Part shown: one piece after another, positions 1 through 11,790 of the stretch
Layout: the number at the start of each line of letters is the position of its first letter
Position numbering within the stretch: the first letter of the stretch is position 1
Origin: Octopus sinensis
Taxonomy: Eukaryota
Length of the DNA stretch: 64,000 nucleotides
Direction: 5' to 3'
Assembly (NCBI RefSeq): GCF_006345805.1
Contig: NC_042999.1
Location: 122,078,001-122,142,000, forward strand
The notes under the pieces: generated by a model
What the model saw: the letters and a program-made list of their open reading frames with translations, nothing else
Database searches by the model: none
What the model was told of the DNA's origin: nothing
Translations under genes and position numbers: made by a program

Positions 1-2260
1 GAGTCTAGGAAAAGTGAAGAATTTGATGCTTATTAAAAGTAGTGAAAATGATGTAGGGGAAGTAAAAGATAATATGGGAGCAGCAAAAGATTCTTCTGAT
101 ATGGAATCAGAACATAATACTGTCTCTCCTCAGTCTCCTTGTAAGGATGATGATTCATTGAAGAATATAAAGGAGATTTTATCACATTTTTGCAAAAAAA
201 TAATATTGAGTATTTGAAGAAATTGGTTCCAGATAACTTGAAAATGACAATAATACAAGATTGTCAGGAAAGATATCCAAATAAAAGTGGTCCATTTGGT
301 GGGAAGGAGGTGGGGGGGTCCCAACAGTAGTTTGAGAAAGTTATGAAAATGGAAAATTGTGGAGTAGGTATAATTATTAAACTCTCCTTACTAGAAATAT
401 TGTACTATTTTTGTTTGCTTTTGGTATTCAAAAGAGCAATAACCATTACTGTCAAACTTTAGCAATGAAGAAGGTTTCTTCACTTGAAGAAAGTTGAATC
501 AACAAATATCTGACCATAAGGCAAGCCTTAGAGCATACTTAAAGGGAATACTTGTACCTTGCAGTATGACTCCAGAGTTTGACTTCAAAAGCAAATTTAT
601 AATGAAAACAAAAAAATGGATAGCTATAACTGAATGGGTTGTTGAGGTTGCATCCTTTATGAAAAACAAAATCGAGCCATTGGTGGGCACTGACGGGTAG
701 GAACATTTAATTTATTTCAGCCAGAAGAGACAACAAAAATACAGGCAACATGTTGGCAACGACCAGATTGTTGGCCAAGTATGATGTAATCTTAGCAGAT
801 TACTTGCAAAGAGGGAGTCACCTTCTTATACAAAAGAAGTCAAAAGAGATTAATCAATCTCCTTAGTGATGTTTTCAAAAATAAATATAATTTCCAAAAT
901 TAAGGATGCAAAATATTTTACCACATTACTGGATACAACTCTGGATATTGCTCATAAAGATTGGTTTTCTGAAATTGTGTGTTTAATACATATTGCTGAA
1001 AATAGAAAAGTAGAAATAAAAGAGGTATTTCTGGGATTTTTTGAAATCAATAAGAAAGATGCATATTGGAGAGATTGAAAGACAAAATTTCCCTCAGTGC
1101 CTATTACAGATAAGTATATGATAATACAATAGTTATGACTTAGTGAGGAGAGTCGTTTAGCAAAAAATTATTGAAATTAACCAAAGAGCTGTGTTTGTAA
1201 ATTGAGAACCCCAACTTCAATGTGGCATGTTCCCATGTAAGTGAGGTACGACTTGTAGTTGTTATGTTTACTATTTACTTCTTTTCTTAATCTACTCTTC
1301 ATTGGAAAGTACTTATTCCCCAAACTGTGAGAAGAGAATGGCATACAATATAGTGTTCCAACACTGATTCTGTGAAAGAATCTATGAAGAGGGATGACAA
1401 GTTTTTGAGGTTATTGCAAACCTCGAAAACTTGCAGGAAAGAGAATTTTCTAAGGATACTAACAATTTGATGCAGGATCACTTTTGAATTCTATTCAACA
1501 ATTCCTATTTATATCTTTGTTAACGTAATTTTATCATCAGCGGAGAAAATTTGCAGATCTGAAAATGGAGTTTTATAACCTTCTTGTGATCCCCCCCCTC
1601 AAAAAAAAACTTATGCAAATTCTGAATTTGAAAAATGACAAAATTACCCAGAATGCAATACTTTCAGCTAATGAATATTGTGAAAAATGGGGAATACCAA
1701 TTGGTGTGACTGCACAGCAAGAAATGAATAAACTAATGGTAGAGATCATGAACCAGTTAAAAACTGAAATGGAAAATCAGTGTTTTCCTTCAAGACCTCA
1801 AAGATTAGCTTTCATTTCGTCTGAATTCAAATTCAGTTGTAATTGAGGGCGAACAAGAAGGAGAAAGATTGAAAAAAGAATGTTTAGAATTCACAAATTA
1901 TTATGATAATGATGTGACAGTCATTCTGTTATATGATGAAATAATTAACCTTGCGATGTTCCTTTCATCTGGAGAAATACTGTTCTTTTTTATCCTAAAG
2001 ATGCTCTGAAGTTTGCACATCTGTCTGTATTGCATATAGATTACTGCTTACTATTACATTTTTGTTTGCAAGTTGTAAAAGATTATTTTGAAAGCTGAAA
2101 TTAATAAAAATATATTTGAAGCCTTCCATGTTGCAAGACTGATGAACTAACTTGACTTTATTCAGCATTGAAAATGAATTCCTCTCAACTGATGTAAAAA
2201 AAAATGAGTCTGGGGGGCATATAATCAAGAATTTGAAAAAATGAAAAATTTTTAAATATC
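1..2260 (+). pseudogene. Decayed hAT-superfamily (ZMYM1-like) transposase
   Basis: Fragmented frames give hAT motifs in the expected order: LATTRLLAKYDVILADYL (~762-815), IKDAKYFTTLLDTTLDIAHKD...EVFLGFFEI (ORF 866-1078), and from 2041 LLLTITFLFASCKRLF*KLKLIKIYLKPSMLQD**TNLTLFSIENE, matching the hAT C-terminal dimerisation consensus (TIPVT.ASCERSFSKLKLIKNYLRS.M.QERL..LA.LSIE). Many stops and frameshifts; the 5' part may extend beyond the window. Confidence 0.85.
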
Positions 2261-3950
2261 CTGAGCTATTCAAATTTATTTTGAATTTTTCTTCAGACAT
2301 AATATTGGTATATGCAACATGTTAACCTTTCACTAATCTAATAAACTTTACTGAAACTATTTTTTACTTACGTTATTCCCTGATGCAAAATTGAAATGTT
2401 GATATATTTTATTTTATAAATATTGGGCTTTCCTCTGGATTTATGACTTATTAACAATATTGTGTTACTCCCAAGCCAATATCTTCAAAATGCAGAAATA
2501 CAATCTTATTACTTAAACATTTCACAAATATATTAATTGAAGTAATCTTATACAAAAGTTTATCATTGAAGTAAAATGGCTTTCCACTAATTATCTCCTT
2601 GATCTGACAGAAATTAATATTTTCATTTCAAATCTCATATAGAAAAAAAATCGTGTTAACTACATGATGAAGTTCAAATCTTGACAACTTTAATGGAGTT
2701 TTTTAACTTTTCAAAATAGGTTTTATGTTTCTAGGCTATTGAAGTTTTATAGTTTTGTCCATAATCATAATTTTATCTTTTATCAGTTCATCTAAGGAAT
2801 TCTTAGACGTGAGATATTTTTCATATTAGACAATGATCTGATAAATTACCAATGATTTAGTAATTGCCCAAGGAAAATTGTTTTTGTTTTATTATTTAAA
2901 GAAAACACTATATTGAAAATGTCAGATCTTGATTCAAGATCGAATTTTTATGAAATTTATTCCTCATTTTTCTAACTTAATTTGCAAACTGTTTAATGAT
3001 AAATGGTTGGTTTTAAACTGAGATTATTAGAAGCTACTATAAATGCACAAATTTACAAATATTTCGCTGGTATTTCATTTTGAACAAAATGCATGTTTAT
3101 AATATTTCCTTACTAAGTGAACTATTTTCTTAATAACAAAAAACGTAAAATTAACAATTAATAATCAGGTAGTTAAGAATTGATGACGTTGTTTTGGGAC
3201 CCCAGGTCTTCAAGGATCAGATATTTGTAGAAAGTGCACAAAACAAAGATACTATAGTGATTACATCTTTAAAAGACTTGTTGCATGAGGTTAAACGTAG
3301 GACACTTGATTCACATTTTTTAATCCCACAGATTAGAAATGGAGATATGATATGTACCTTTAAGTTAACAGGTTAAGTAAATTTCAGCAAAGATAATGTT
3401 GAAAATTTACCAAGCACTCATTCTTTAATATTATTTGCAAAATAAAACACATGTTAACCAGGCACCAAACTTCAAATATTCTCCCAGCATACTCAATTCA
3501 ATTATCAACAGAAGATAGTACATGAAAGACAGCCAACAAATTCAAGAATCAATCTGATGAACATTGGAAGACCATTAAATTTAAATGCTTCTCTAATGAC
3601 TGATGGCAAACAACAATTATAGGCTTTGTTCATCAGCTATAAAAACTGTAAAGATATTAATTGGGAAGTTTACTCTATTGAAGTGGGAAATGAAACAGAC
3701 TGATTACACACATTGTTTAAAAGCTTTAAAATCCTTGTTTCGTAGACCTATTAGATACATAACTAGAATATGGTTAATTTAACATTTTCAGAATATTAGT
3801 GTTAAAACAACATTTACTCAGAAATGCTATTAACTTTCAGTACTAACTTCTTATCCCACATACACAACTACCAAAGTGTTAAGTGTTTGCAATCATATGA
3901 TTCATTTTGCTCCATTATCTCAGAAACTATATATATATAGGTTCCAGTAA

Positions 3951-3951
<1 letters not shown>

Positions 3952-4002
<51 letters not shown>
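3952..4002. repeat. (TA)n microsatellite, left flank of the 353-bp array
   Basis: Pure TA run directly abutting the first array unit; a shorter TA run (5557-5568) abuts the right end. Confidence 0.97.
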
Positions 4003-4006
<4 letters not shown>

Positions 4007-4167
4007 CATATTTTTGCCATTTCAATATGGCTAACCCCTTAGGGTGGATGCTACTGTAGTTTTTAGCCCCAGGAGGACACACTCCTCCAGCCGGCCATAG
4101 ACACACTATCTGTGTCCTGTCAGTATTTGCAAAGGGAAGTCATCCTTCCCGTCTTCAACTTATGATA

Positions 4168-4212
4168 CACACGGACTCGAGTTTCGAGGTATTGACCTCT
4201 CGTCAGCGTGTG
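4168..4212 (-). ncRNA. Type I hammerhead ribozyme, copy 1 (intact core)
   Basis: Minus strand reads CACACG-CUGACGA-GAGGU(CAAU)ACCUC-GAAA-CUCGAG-UC/CGUGUG: 6-bp stem I, canonical CUGANGA and GAAA core, 5-bp stem II, palindromic stem III ACUCGAGU, GUC cleavage triplet. Predicted cut between 4174 and 4173. Confidence 0.92.
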
Positions 4213-4520
4213 ACAATCATAGTTGTCGCCGAGAATTAGATTTCCTTCACAAATACTTATACTTTTTCCAGCGCCCACTGTCGCTGATATTGAAAAAGTG
4301 AAATCAAACAATGATAAATATCAAAGTGAGTTATATACAGTAGCGTTAACACATCGTGACGTATTTTTGCCATTTCAATATGGCTAACCCGTTAGGGTGG
4401 ATGCTACTGTAGTTTTTAGCCCCAGGAGGACACACTCCTCCAGCCAGCCATAGACACACTATCTGTGTCCTGTCAGTATTTGCAAAGGGAAGTCATCCTT
4501 CCCGTCTTCAACTTATGATA

Positions 4521-4565
4521 CACACGGACTCGAGTTTCGAGGTATTGACCTCTCGTCAGCGTGTG
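4521..4565 (-). ncRNA. Type I hammerhead ribozyme, copy 2 (intact core)
   Basis: Identical to copy 1; predicted cut 4527/4526. Confidence 0.92.
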
Positions 4566-4873
4566 ACAATCATAGTTGTCGCCGAGAATTAGATTTCCTT
4601 CACAAATACTTATACTTTTTCCAGCGCCCACTGTCGCTGATATTGAAAAAGTGAAATCAAACAATGATAAATATCAAAGTGAGTTATATACAGTAGCGTT
4701 AACACATCGTGACGTATTTTTGCCATTTCAATATGGCTAACCCGTTAGGGTGGATGCTACTGTAGTTTTTAGCCCCAGGAGGACACACTCCTCCAGCCGG
4801 CCATAGACACACTATCTGTGTCCTGTCAGTATTTGCAAAGGGAAGTCATCCTTCCCGTCTTCAACTTATGATA

Positions 4874-4918
4874 CACACGGACTCGAGTTTCGAGGTATTG
4901 ACCTCTCGTCAGCGTGTG
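4874..4918 (-). ncRNA. Type I hammerhead ribozyme, copy 3 (intact core)
   Basis: Identical to copy 1; predicted cut 4880/4879. Confidence 0.92.
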
Positions 4919-5226
4919 ACAATCATAGTTGTCGCCGAGAATTAGATTTCCTTCACAAATACTTATACTTTTTCCAGCGCCCACTGTCGCTGATATTGAA
5001 AAAGTGAAATCAAACAATGATAAATATCAAAGTGAGTTATATACAGTAGCGTTAACACATCGTGACGTATTTTTGCCATTTCAATATGGCTAACCCGTTA
5101 GGGTGGATGCTACTGTAGTTTTTAGCCCCAGGAGGACACACTCCTCCAGCCGGCCATAGACACACTATCTGTGTCCTGTCAGTATTTGCAAAGGGAAGTC
5201 ATCCTTCCCGTCTTCAACTTATGATA

Positions 5227-5271
5227 CACACGGACTCGAGTTTTGAGGTATTGACCTCTCGTCAGCGTGTG
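5227..5271 (-). ncRNA. Type I hammerhead ribozyme, copy 4 (G12A, predicted inactive)
   Basis: As copy 1 except plus-strand C>T at 5244, which turns core GAAA into AAAA; G12 is the general base. Confidence 0.85.
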
Positions 5272-5568
5272 ACAATCATAGTTGTCGCCGAGAATTAGAT
5301 TTCCTTCACAAATACTTATACTTTTTCCAGCGCCCACTGTCGCTGATATTGAAAAAGTGAAATCAAACAATGATAAATATCAAAGTGAGTTATATACAGT
5401 AGCGTTAACACATCATGACGTATTTTTGCCATTTCAATATGGCTAACCCCTTAGGGTGGATGCTACTGTAGTTTTTAGCCCCAGGAGGACACACTCCTCC
5501 AGCCGGCCATAGACACACTATCTGTGTCCTGTCAGTATTTGCAAAGGGAAGTCATCTATATATATATA

Positions 5569-5775
5569 GTTAATTCAAACATGAACAAAAAGAAAACACA
5601 ACAATGTGAGGACGTGGAACAAGTATAGTGTTATTGGACACTCAGGAAAGGAAAGAAAGAAGGAGGATTTAACGTTTCGAGTGGAGATCTTCATCAGAAA
5701 CATAGAAAAAGGAAAGGTCCAAGGAAGGGAAGATGGAGAAAGAAAATTGCCAATGATACACACGTGGTCACATAT
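5569..5775 (-). mobile_element. Penelope-type terminal-repeat fragment with minimal hammerhead-like motif (5668-5700)
   Basis: Minus strand UUU-CUGAUGA-A-GA(UCUCCAC)UC-GAAA-CGU-U-AAA. Shares the layout ctcaggaa...tttaacgtttcgag...cttc..cagaaa with the 3' end of the PLE at 55631-55860. Starts directly after (TA)n. Confidence 0.6.
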
Positions 5776-5879
5776 TGTAAAAAAAAAAAATATATATATG
5801 TTTGAGAAGTTAAAATTTTTATATGGTAAAACTAACTCATTTTGCTTTCAGTTAGTTATTTCAGTATGCACTATATAAC

Positions 5880-6065
5880 TCAAAGGTGCCAAGCTGTATC
5901 GGTCGTTGCCTTTCCCTTGGATCACATTGGTAGCGAGGAGAGGGAAGGCTGATATGCTTGGATGACTGCTGGTCTTCCATAAACAACCTTGCCCGGACTT
6001 GTACCTTGGAGAGTAACTTTCTAGGTGCAATCCCACAGTCATTTATGACCGAAGGGGGTCTCAGC
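5880..6065 (+). mobile_element. SINE-like repeat fragment (3' part)
   Basis: Reverse-complement similarity to 33390-33520 (aaagttactctcc/aaagttcccttcc, gggattgca.ctagaaag, gacccccttcggtcat). Confidence 0.55.
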
Positions 6066-6218
6066 ATATATATATATATAACTAATGTACGGACGCTAAA
6101 TGACGATGATGATGATGATGATGTAGGATAAAAATTTTTTCGAAAAAATATTTTATCAATGGCCAGCATATCAAAAAATACCTTTAAAGGTTAAAGTTAT
6201 TTATAAATTTAACCTTTC

Positions 6219-6261
<43 letters not shown>

Positions 6262-6266
<5 letters not shown>

Positions 6267-6560
6267 CACCATCCGATCATGGCCGTTGCCAGCCTTGCCT
6301 GGCCCCCGTGCTGGTGGCACGTAAAAAGCACTACCCGACCGTGTCCGTTGCCAGCACCGCCCCGACTGGCCTCCGTGCCGGTGGCACGTAAAAAGCACCC
6401 ACTACACTCACGGAGTGGTTGGCGTTAAGAAGGGCATCCAGCCGTAGAAACACTGCCAGATCAGACTGGGCCTGGTGCAGCCTTCAGGCTTCCCAGACCC
6501 CAGTTGAACCATCCAACCCATGCTAGCATGGAAAGCGGACGCTAAATGATGATGATGATA
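6262..6560. repeat. Interspersed (GAT)n-tailed repeat with internal ~65-bp subrepeats
   Basis: Same family as 45090-45550, 49095-49335 and 43696-43801 (aaaagcacccactacactc.cggagtggttggcgtta.gaagggcatccag...ggacg.taaa.gatgatgat). More diverged inverted copies at ~37370-37620, 48115-48420 and 50330-50490. Confidence 0.8.
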
Positions 6561-6654
6561 TATATATATTGCCCACCAGATAAGGGAGTGGGAGTCCCTG
6601 TCAAAGGCTTTCTCTGTGCCAACAAAAACCTACACAAAGATTATTTTTGGCTGA

Positions 6655-7200
6655 GTATTTCTGCAGTTACCTCGCCAGGAAGATAGCATCAGTAGCGTTT
6701 CTTTCGGACAAAAACCCAAACTGCATTTCATCTAGGCCAACTCTTTTCCTAATTAATTGAGCTATGACCCTTTCTGTAATTTTCATCACCTGGTCCAGCA
6801 ATTTGATACCTCTGTAATTTTTTCTGTGTGAGGCATCACTTTTACCTATGTAGCAATTGACTATAGTGCTGTTATAACTGTCATTAGGTTTGACTCCCTC
6901 GCACACAACTTAATGAACTACATGAGTGACTAGGCCATATCCCACTTCACCAGATATTTCAAGGATCTCAATGGTGATTCCAGATAGGCCAGGAGCTTTC
7001 TCTACCTTTATATCCTTAATTGCTTTATTTACTAAGCTATTATTGATTCCAATAGCCACTCCCTCTGTTGGGTCTATGTTAGACAGGCTCTCTTTCTCCC
7101 ATGCATTTTCTACATTAAGCAACCTTACATAGTAGCACTTCCATGCCTCCTTCTTTTGCAGAATCACTAACTGCAAGTGAGCCATCATCCACTTCTCTCC
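6655..7200 (-). mobile_element. RTE-clade LINE reverse-transcriptase fragment
   Basis: WKCYYVRLLNVENAW...KAPGLSGITIEIL...NYRGIKLLDQVMKITERVIAQLIRKRVGLDEMQFGFLSERNATDAIFLAR matches RTE RT N-terminal motifs (NYRGIKLL, QFGF, TDAIF); interrupted by stops. Confidence 0.88.
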
Positions 7201-8414
7201 TACAGTATCACAGTTTTCTTTGATACACTGTATTACAATCCAAAGTACTTGAAGCCTCTGGTCCTCACACCACAGAACATTGGCAAACTTTCATGTATAC
7301 ATATACATATATATGCATGTACATATTAATATGTGTGTGGGTGTATACATTAGAAATTTTACAAACAAAATACAAAAAATTATACATATTAATATATTAA
7401 TAATCATGAGACTTGAGAGGTGAATTTGGATTTGTTATTTCCATATTGTATGTTTCCATATGATTATCACCATTTCATAATATTCTCAGCAGAGTGTTAT
7501 TTACTTCAACATTCTGAATTAATACATACATTTTACATCAATATGCATATTTAGCATTATATAATACAATCATACATTACAAAAAGATGTATAGTAGAGA
7601 AAAATAACTCATCAGGTCATATATATTAGCACATCATAGATGCTTTCAGGATTCACTTCCTTATTTACTCCTTGTGGAAATATATATTACTTATACATCC
7701 TGCAGTTTCGTTTGCATGGACAAGTTAAACTACCTCATAATATATTGATATTACTATTTCAATAGCTCATAGGTGCGATTTAATTTTAATTTAGATGGTT
7801 GGACACCGAGTGTAAGATTCACAAGATTTCAGCAGTTATGCTAATAATCTCTTCTATATATACCAAACAATAGCCATTAATTGCAATTGAATATGACTGC
7901 TTGCATGGTAGTTGTAATTTAGGTGTCTATGTAATCCAGAGCCAACATAGACAACTTCTCAGATCTCCCACCCTTGAACTAGTAGAAAGCAATTACATGA
8001 CAGCTGCAGAGAGGGGAGAGAGAGAGAAGTGGGGGAACTTTATGAATATTTCGCTGTTACTCATTTTCAACTGAGAAGACTGGAGCAATGTGAAATGGTG
8101 TACCTTACTTAAGTACACAGTGCAACACATAATCCAAGAGTCAAACCAGTAGTAATACAATTGTGCACTCAACACATTATTCAGTTGCTCAAACACCTTC
8201 ATATAATTTTTGCTGTATAAGCGGCTATGTTCAAATGGTTATACATAGTGTTACCATCTACTGAAGATACATGATTATATATATTTATATATTGATGCAT
8301 GCATACATACATACATGCATATATACATACATATATGAAACAAACAAACAGCAATCAGACTTGTCCTCATACAAAAAAGACAATATCATATAATGCACTT
8401 GCATAAACCTTACC

Positions 8415-8655
8415 GATAGCAGCAGCAATCTGGCAGAAACGTTAGCACGCCGGGCGAAATGCTTAGCGGTATTTTGTCTGCCGCTATGTTCAGAGTTCAA
8501 ATTCCACTGAGGTCGACTTTGCCTTTCATCCTTTCGGGGTTGATTAAATAAGTACCAGTTATGCACTGTGGTCGATATAATCAACTTAATCTGTTTGTGT
8601 GTGCTTGTTCATCCCCTCTGTGTTTAGCCCCTTCTGGGTAGTAAAAAAATAGGAT
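8415..8655 (+). mobile_element. tRNA-derived SINE (family with gaggtcgactttgcctttcatcctttcgggg core)
   Basis: tRNA-like head with B-box-like gagttcaaattcc. Near-identical copies at 55003-55220, 60410-60630 and 60815-61030; degenerate copy at 11255-11440. Confidence 0.8.
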
Positions 8656-9529
8656 ACTCTACTAGTCTAAAAAAAGGAATCTGATCTATAATCAGTAAGT
8701 CAGCAAGATCTTGATATCAGCTGCACATTTCTTGAAAAACTGATATTGCCAGACTGTATCTCAAAAGGAAAGAGGGAGGATGAGGCTTAAAATCAGTTGA
8801 TAGCCTTGGATTGTTGTATAATATGAACCACGTAGCACCTACTAAACAATTGCAACAAAAATAAATACATCAGCCCATGCTCAAAAAGAATATACATAAC
8901 ACTTTGTTTGTTGGTGGTAAACTCTTCAAGAAACATTCCCTTCATGATGATCTTCTATATGAACTCAGTGCAGGATTAGCTCCCACAGAGCTCTGCCATA
9001 GATCACCTTATTTTATAGATCTCAGTGCTGCAGTCATTTAGGATTCAGATATATTTTGCTAATAAAACTGTGCTATGTTTTTCTTAAGTGTGTTTATGCT
9101 GTGTATGCATATTCTTGAATGAATATTTTGCAAGCTTACTATGAGACTTCATTTTAGGTTTGTACTTGAAGTGAATATTTTCTCAATAAACTAAAGCCTT
9201 AGTAAGGCACATACTATTAAGAGGGAAAAGAGGAGAGGTCAGCACAGTTATACCATGAGACTATTTGTGATATTAAGCTTATTATTACTTCATTTAGAGA
9301 TGGGGACAACAAAATTAAAGGCACAACTATAGATAACCTTGCAGTTGCTTTATTACATATTTTGTGATATGTGGAAGGAAATTTTTATAGACGAGGCATA
9401 TAATTGTAATGATGCTAAGACATACGTCAAGACTGGAGAGGATTTAACCTTCCGTTATATTTCTGTTTAAAGTGAATTTTTTTGTTGTTGCATTCTTTAT
9501 TATTAAGTACAGGTGTGTGGCTTAGTTGT

Positions 9530-9835
9530 TAGTGGAATTTGGCTCACAATCATAAGGTGGTGAGTTCAGTTCCTGGTGGTGCATTGTGTTCTTGAGTAAG
9601 ACACTTTATTTCATGTTGCTCCAGTTCACTCAGCTAGCAAAAACGAGTAGAACCTGTATTTCAAAGGGCCAGACTTGTCACACTCTGTGTCATGCTGAAT
9701 CTCCCTGAGGACTACATTAAGGGTTGACACATTTGTGGAGTGCTCAGCCACTTGCATTTAAATTTCACAAGCAGGCTGTTCCATTGAACAGATCAACTGG
9801 AACCATCACCGTTGTAACCAATGGAGTGCCAGCAT
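9530..9835 (+). mobile_element. tRNA-derived SINE
   Basis: A-box-like tggcttagttgttag and B-box-like gagttcagttcc; the 3' part (gcaggctgttcc.ttga.cagatca.ctggaacc) recurs at ~39030-39095. Confidence 0.65.
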
Positions 9836-11604
9836 TAAGTATAGGAAACAAGACCTTTTCCATGTAGATGTATGTATTTATAGTACCTTCCACAAGATTG
9901 TAAAAGAGAAAAAGAAACTATTGTTCTCGGTAATAAATGGATACATTATGATCTGTTCCACTTACATTTTAATTATCACATGAATTATCTGTCTGTTCTG
10001 TTTTGCTAAGTAAAACAGTAGAGGACATAGCATACAAATATATTTACATTTTTATTTTCATGCAACCATTTTCACACTTCGATGAATATTTGAATTAGAT
10101 TGTTGCTTCAGCTAGACTGACTTACAAAATGAACTCTAAAAAAATGTATATCAAAGCATAAAAATATATCGATAGATGTATAGATTTTTTTTTTTTATAT
10201 GATAAACAAAGTTATAAAGATTAATGTAATTGAATATCAAAAAATGTTGTCTTGCATTTTTGAAGTACATATACTTCTATTTCAGGAGTTTATTCAACTT
10301 ATCGAACCATCAAGAGAACATTTATGTGAATGTTCAACTGGATAAAAATAACAACCTAGTCTTCCTCTAGTTACACCTGTTTTAAATAAGGGAATGACAT
10401 GTAATCAAAAATACCCCTTAAAGATAATGATGGGATAGTCACATCTGGAATGCCTTTAAGTATAAATCTGTTTGATCCAGACTGATTTGAGGCTAAACAG
10501 CAGCAACTAAATAATGATCCAGTGGTATGTATAGTATATGCATCAAGAGAAATAATTATACCATTAACTGAGTAGCACTAAGAATATGTACGTTTGCTAA
10601 ACATCTGAACAAAATTCTGATAAGTATTGATTAAATCTAATTCAAGCATTAAAACAGTTTAGTAGTTTCAATAACAAATGCACCATGATCTAACTACAAA
10701 ACTACTCTTTACAATAAAGGATGTTGTACAGAGTGTTATCACAAACCAAACAAAACTGTATCATAATGAGAGTGCTGAACCTGTAGATTGCTCCAAGCCA
10801 GGTTAAAGTAAGCCATAACTTGATTCGTCCAAAGTATAGATATATTTGAAGTACAGTGATTAGAATAACAAGAAAATATATTTTCTATTATTCATGTGAT
10901 CTTTGTGCAGTTCAGTTTAACTCTTCTAAGCAAAATAAGTACGAATGTTCTCACATTCTGAAAAGCTTTTATTTATCATTATAATTAGATAGAATTTGTT
11001 GTCAGGGGTCTCGATTCCTGTGAAGTCTTGCTGGCCACTTTTTTTTCTGCCTTCTAAAGGGTATTTACCTGATTCTTTAAGCTGTCATTACATCGTTCCT
11101 GTGTTCACAAATTTCTTTATTTTCTGTAAATTCATTTACATAATTGCAAGCACTTGAGTTGTAATGATATAATTGATGAACTATCTTCAAATGACTAAAG
11201 ATTACAAATTTTATTTGAATTTCAGATTATTATTATTATTATATATGAGAAGTAAGGTGCTAGCACACTGGGCAAAGTAATTAATGCCATTTTGTCCATT
11301 CTGAGTTCAAATTCCATCAACTTTATCTGTCATCCTTTTGGAGTTGATAAAATATACACTAGTCGAATACTGGGGTTGATCTAATTGACTTACCCACACC
11401 TCCAAAATTGCTAGCCTTGTGCCAAAATTTGAAATCATTATATACAAAAAGTTATAGCAGATAAATAGATATCTTATACGTATATTTCTAGTTGCACAAA
11501 TTCAATTTAATGTTAAAAGTTTATACATACATACATACATATATATGTATGTATGTATGTATGTATTTATGTGTATGTGTTTGCCCCCCCCCCCCACACA
11601 CACA

Positions 11605-11790
11605 CACATCGCTTGATAACTAATGTTGGTGCGTTTATGTCCCTGTAACTTAGCGGTTCGGCAAAAGAGGCTGATAGAATAAGTACTAGGCTCACAAAGA
11701 ATAAGTCCCGCAGTTGATTTGTTCAACTAAAGGCAGTACTCTAGCATGGCCACAGTCAAGTAACTGAAGCAAAGAAAAGAATAAAAGAAT
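11605..11790 (+). mobile_element. SINE 3' part
   Basis: Matches 25345-25520 and the reverse complement of 59838-60020. Confidence 0.75.

Larger units (their letters stand above)
4003..5556 (-). mobile_element. Tandem array of a 353-bp hammerhead-bearing unit (about 4.4 copies); retrozyme-like non-autonomous retroelement
   Basis: Units start at 4003, 4356, 4709, 5062 and 5415 (last partial, 142 bp). By eye they differ at only 5 unit positions. Each full unit has a type I hammerhead on the minus strand, and the array has (TA)n on both sides. Confidence 0.9.

Noticed and set aside
4120-5370. Four copies of a 63-aa ORF in the array
   Set aside because: No recognisable domain; it starts at a non-ATG codon and simply overlies the hammerhead strand. 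The RNA structure explains the sequence.
4003-5556. CRISPR-like array
   Set aside because: Units are 353 bp and identical throughout, with no unique spacers; eukaryotic context with no cas genes.
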